64,000 nt of DNA, taken from Dehalococcoidia bacterium (GTDB taxonomy: Bacteria > Chloroflexota > Dehalococcoidia > Lucifugimonadales > UBA3495). The position numbers and the translations under genes are program-made. The stretch spans positions 2,588,095-2,652,094 of the forward strand of contig OZ244064.1 in the NCBI GenBank assembly GCA_965215425.1, written 5' to 3'. Within the stretch, counting starts at the first letter, position 1. Every line of letters starts with the position of its first letter. The notes under the pieces were generated by a model, which worked only from the letters and a program-made list of their open reading frames with translations, was not told where the DNA came from and made no database searches. Of the stretch, positions 62,556-64,000 are shown piece after piece.

Positions 62556-62720
62556 TGCCGGGCGGGACTGATTCAGGGGTTATACGGCTCGGTTAGTTGA
62601 CCGTTACCCGGTGCGACCGGGAGGCAAAAACCGGGGGTGAGGAAATTCCTCACCCCCGGTTTCATCATTTATCGCTCTGCCCGGCTTGGGCGGGGTTCAG
62701 GTTCGTTGCCGCTCAATAAA

Positions 62721-63602
62721 TCAGGCGCCAATTTTTTCGATCAAGTAGCTCAAGGTTCCCCTGGGCACCGTGATTTCCACTTCCTCGCCGACCGTGCGAT
62801 CCAGCAGGGCCTGGCCCACCGGGGACACCGTAGAGATTTTTCCGGAGGAGGCATCGGCCTCCCGCTTATCTACCAGGGTGTAGTTTATTCGCTTGCCGGA
62901 GGCTATGTCCTTTATGGTAATGCTGCTGCCCACTACCGTCCGTTTGCCGACGTTTGCCCCGGCCTCGCCGGAAAGTATCTGGGCATTGCTGACCTCCGAT
63001 TCCAGTTCCCGGATTTTAGCTACCACGAAACCCTGTCGTTCCTTGGCGGCATCCAGGGGGGCATTCTCCCGGAAGTCCTTGCCGGCCATGGCCTGCCTGA
63101 CTTCATCGTCGGCCCGTATCTTTTCCTCCCGGTATTTCGCCAACTCCTCCACCAGCCGGTCGTAGCCTTCTTTGCTGAGCTGGGGGCCGGTGGACTGGCT
63201 GCCGGCCCCGGCCGATTGACGGGCAGCGCCACCGCGGCGCGAGCGGCTGGCCCGCAAGTGGGTAGCCAGGTTGGTTTCTGTCCAGTTTTTCTTGCGCAGG
63301 AAGGCCAGAAACTCCTTAACCGGGGCTAACCGCTTCTGGGCATCCGCTCCCCGCTGGGAAAACTCTTTGGCATAATCTTCTATCTGGCTGGGGGAAAGGT
63401 CGCTCGCTTTCCGGTCCCGGCCATACCAGTCAATAAAGCGGATAATCTCCTGGTGCCCGTCCATTGATTTCCTGGCGTTCTTGCCGTTCTTTTTATCGGC
63501 AACAAAGAGGCTAAGCGCATCGTGCAGGTTGTTGCTGATCCCTTCAACCGACGGCTCAGCCGTCAGGGCGGTGTCCTCGTTAGGGTTATTGGGAGTAACC
63601 AA
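62721..63602 (-). CDS. GreA/GreB-family transcript-cleavage factor domain fused to a roughly 140-aa N-terminal extension
   Basis: The C-terminal approximately 150 aa read LSKEGYDRLVEELAKYREEK...GKDFRENAPLDAAKERQGFVVAKIRELE...GKISTVSPVGQALLDRTVGEEVEI, which fits the GreA coiled coil plus globular domain. The start is TTG with an AAGGAGG RBS. Confidence 0.8.
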   Translation of the reverse strand: MVTPNNPNEDTALTAEPSVEGISNNLHDALSLFVADKKNGKNARKSMDGHQEIIRFIDWYGRDRKASDLSPSQIEDYAKEFSQRGADAQKRLAPVKEFLAFLRKKNWTETNLATHLRASRSRRGGAARQSAGAGSQSTGPQLSKEGYDRLVEELAKYREEKIRADDEVRQAMAGKDFRENAPLDAAKERQGFVVAKIRELESEVSNAQILSGEAGANVGKRTVVGSSITIKDIASGKRINYTLVDKREADASSGKISTVSPVGQALLDRTVGEEVEITVPRGTLSYLIEKIGA

Positions 63603-64000
63603 GGTAAATACCTCCTTTAGCAGTATGGGGCTTCCGGCTGCGCTACGTTACGAGAGACGACTTGCCGTGATAGGTGAAGCTGGGCTGCTGCGGGACCGGG
63701 ACGGGCTGGACTGGTTCGGTGATTGCGGGGACTGCCGGGCGGGCAATGGAAAGGTTCCTGGCAAGGCGGCGAGGGCGGCGAGGAATAGAGTTCGCTTGGC
63801 CCGTTTCCTAACCGGGCCGGCCGGGGAGCCGGCCCCGGAGAGAGCCGGCCTTCTCTTGAGCTTCGCCGCGCCCCAAAAGCCGGCATCGGGATACCCTTGA
63901 TTTATCGGACCTTTCGCCACGGTCCCGTCATCCTTTCACCGCCAATGGCGCCGACCCTTCGGAAGGGTCGCCAACGGCTTGATGGGCTTAATGTCTGATG

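Noticed and set aside
63603-64000. The 3' part of RNase P RNA, or a cobalamin riboswitch, on the minus strand (GGCGGTGAAAGGATGACGGGACC...).
   Set aside because: The resemblance is limited to a GGUGAAAGG-like word. Expected neighbouring conserved blocks are absent: ACAGAACCCGGCUUA for RNase P, and the B12 box for cobalamin.

Overview
This is a visibly GC-rich bacterial chromosomal segment, densely coding on both strands. Many long ORFs in the supplied track are antisense shadows of real genes, with R/G/P/A-rich translations. I can support about 47 protein-coding genes, one tRNA-Pro, one T-box leader, two IS-derived regions, several intrinsic terminators and promoters, and several repeat families. 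Many real starts are TTG or GTG preceded by AGGAGG-type ribosome-binding sites. Backbone genes are mfd, acs, a proV/proW/proX-type betaine ABC transporter, tyrA, gmk, lipA, metG with a polyprenyl synthase, and a T-box-controlled ilvB-ilvN-ilvC-leuA operon. Oxidative and catabolic content includes two orphan xanthine-dehydrogenase-family molybdopterin subunits, two CMD/AhpD-like proteins, gentisate 1,2-dioxygenase, a LigB-type dioxygenase, a TPP enzyme, an M24 hydrolase, RidA, amidohydrolases, a nucleoside hydrolase and a nitroreductase. The items most worth a second look are these. (1) At the left edge, a divergent SecA-family ATPase is translationally coupled (TAATG overlap) to a 483-aa protein with a transglutaminase-like Cys-His-Asp core, next to tRNA-Pro. 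(2) A BCP-type peroxiredoxin has an in-frame TGA exactly at the peroxidatic-Cys position, with a downstream hairpin, making it a candidate selenoprotein. (3) Three unrelated loci carry repeat-spacer-repeat units with a constant 60-61 bp period (a fourth has a 69 bp period). This geometry resembles ectopic CRISPR-spacer integration footprints, although no cas genes or true CRISPR array are in the window. (4) A Uma2-endonuclease gene cassette is flanked by a duplicated copy of the 3' end of the neighbouring exonuclease gene. (5) An LRGD-repeat coiled-coil gene sits inside the betaine transporter operon. (6) An IS1-like element with a clean 8-bp target duplication is nested inside an ISAs1-like element, and a second locus has remnants of both fused together. 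No rRNA, cas genes or prophage modules are seen. Taxonomy cannot be assigned from the sequence alone. The T-box, Uma2, PAC2 and DUF1640-like content would fit a Chloroflexota-like or other Terrabacteria genome, but that is a guess.
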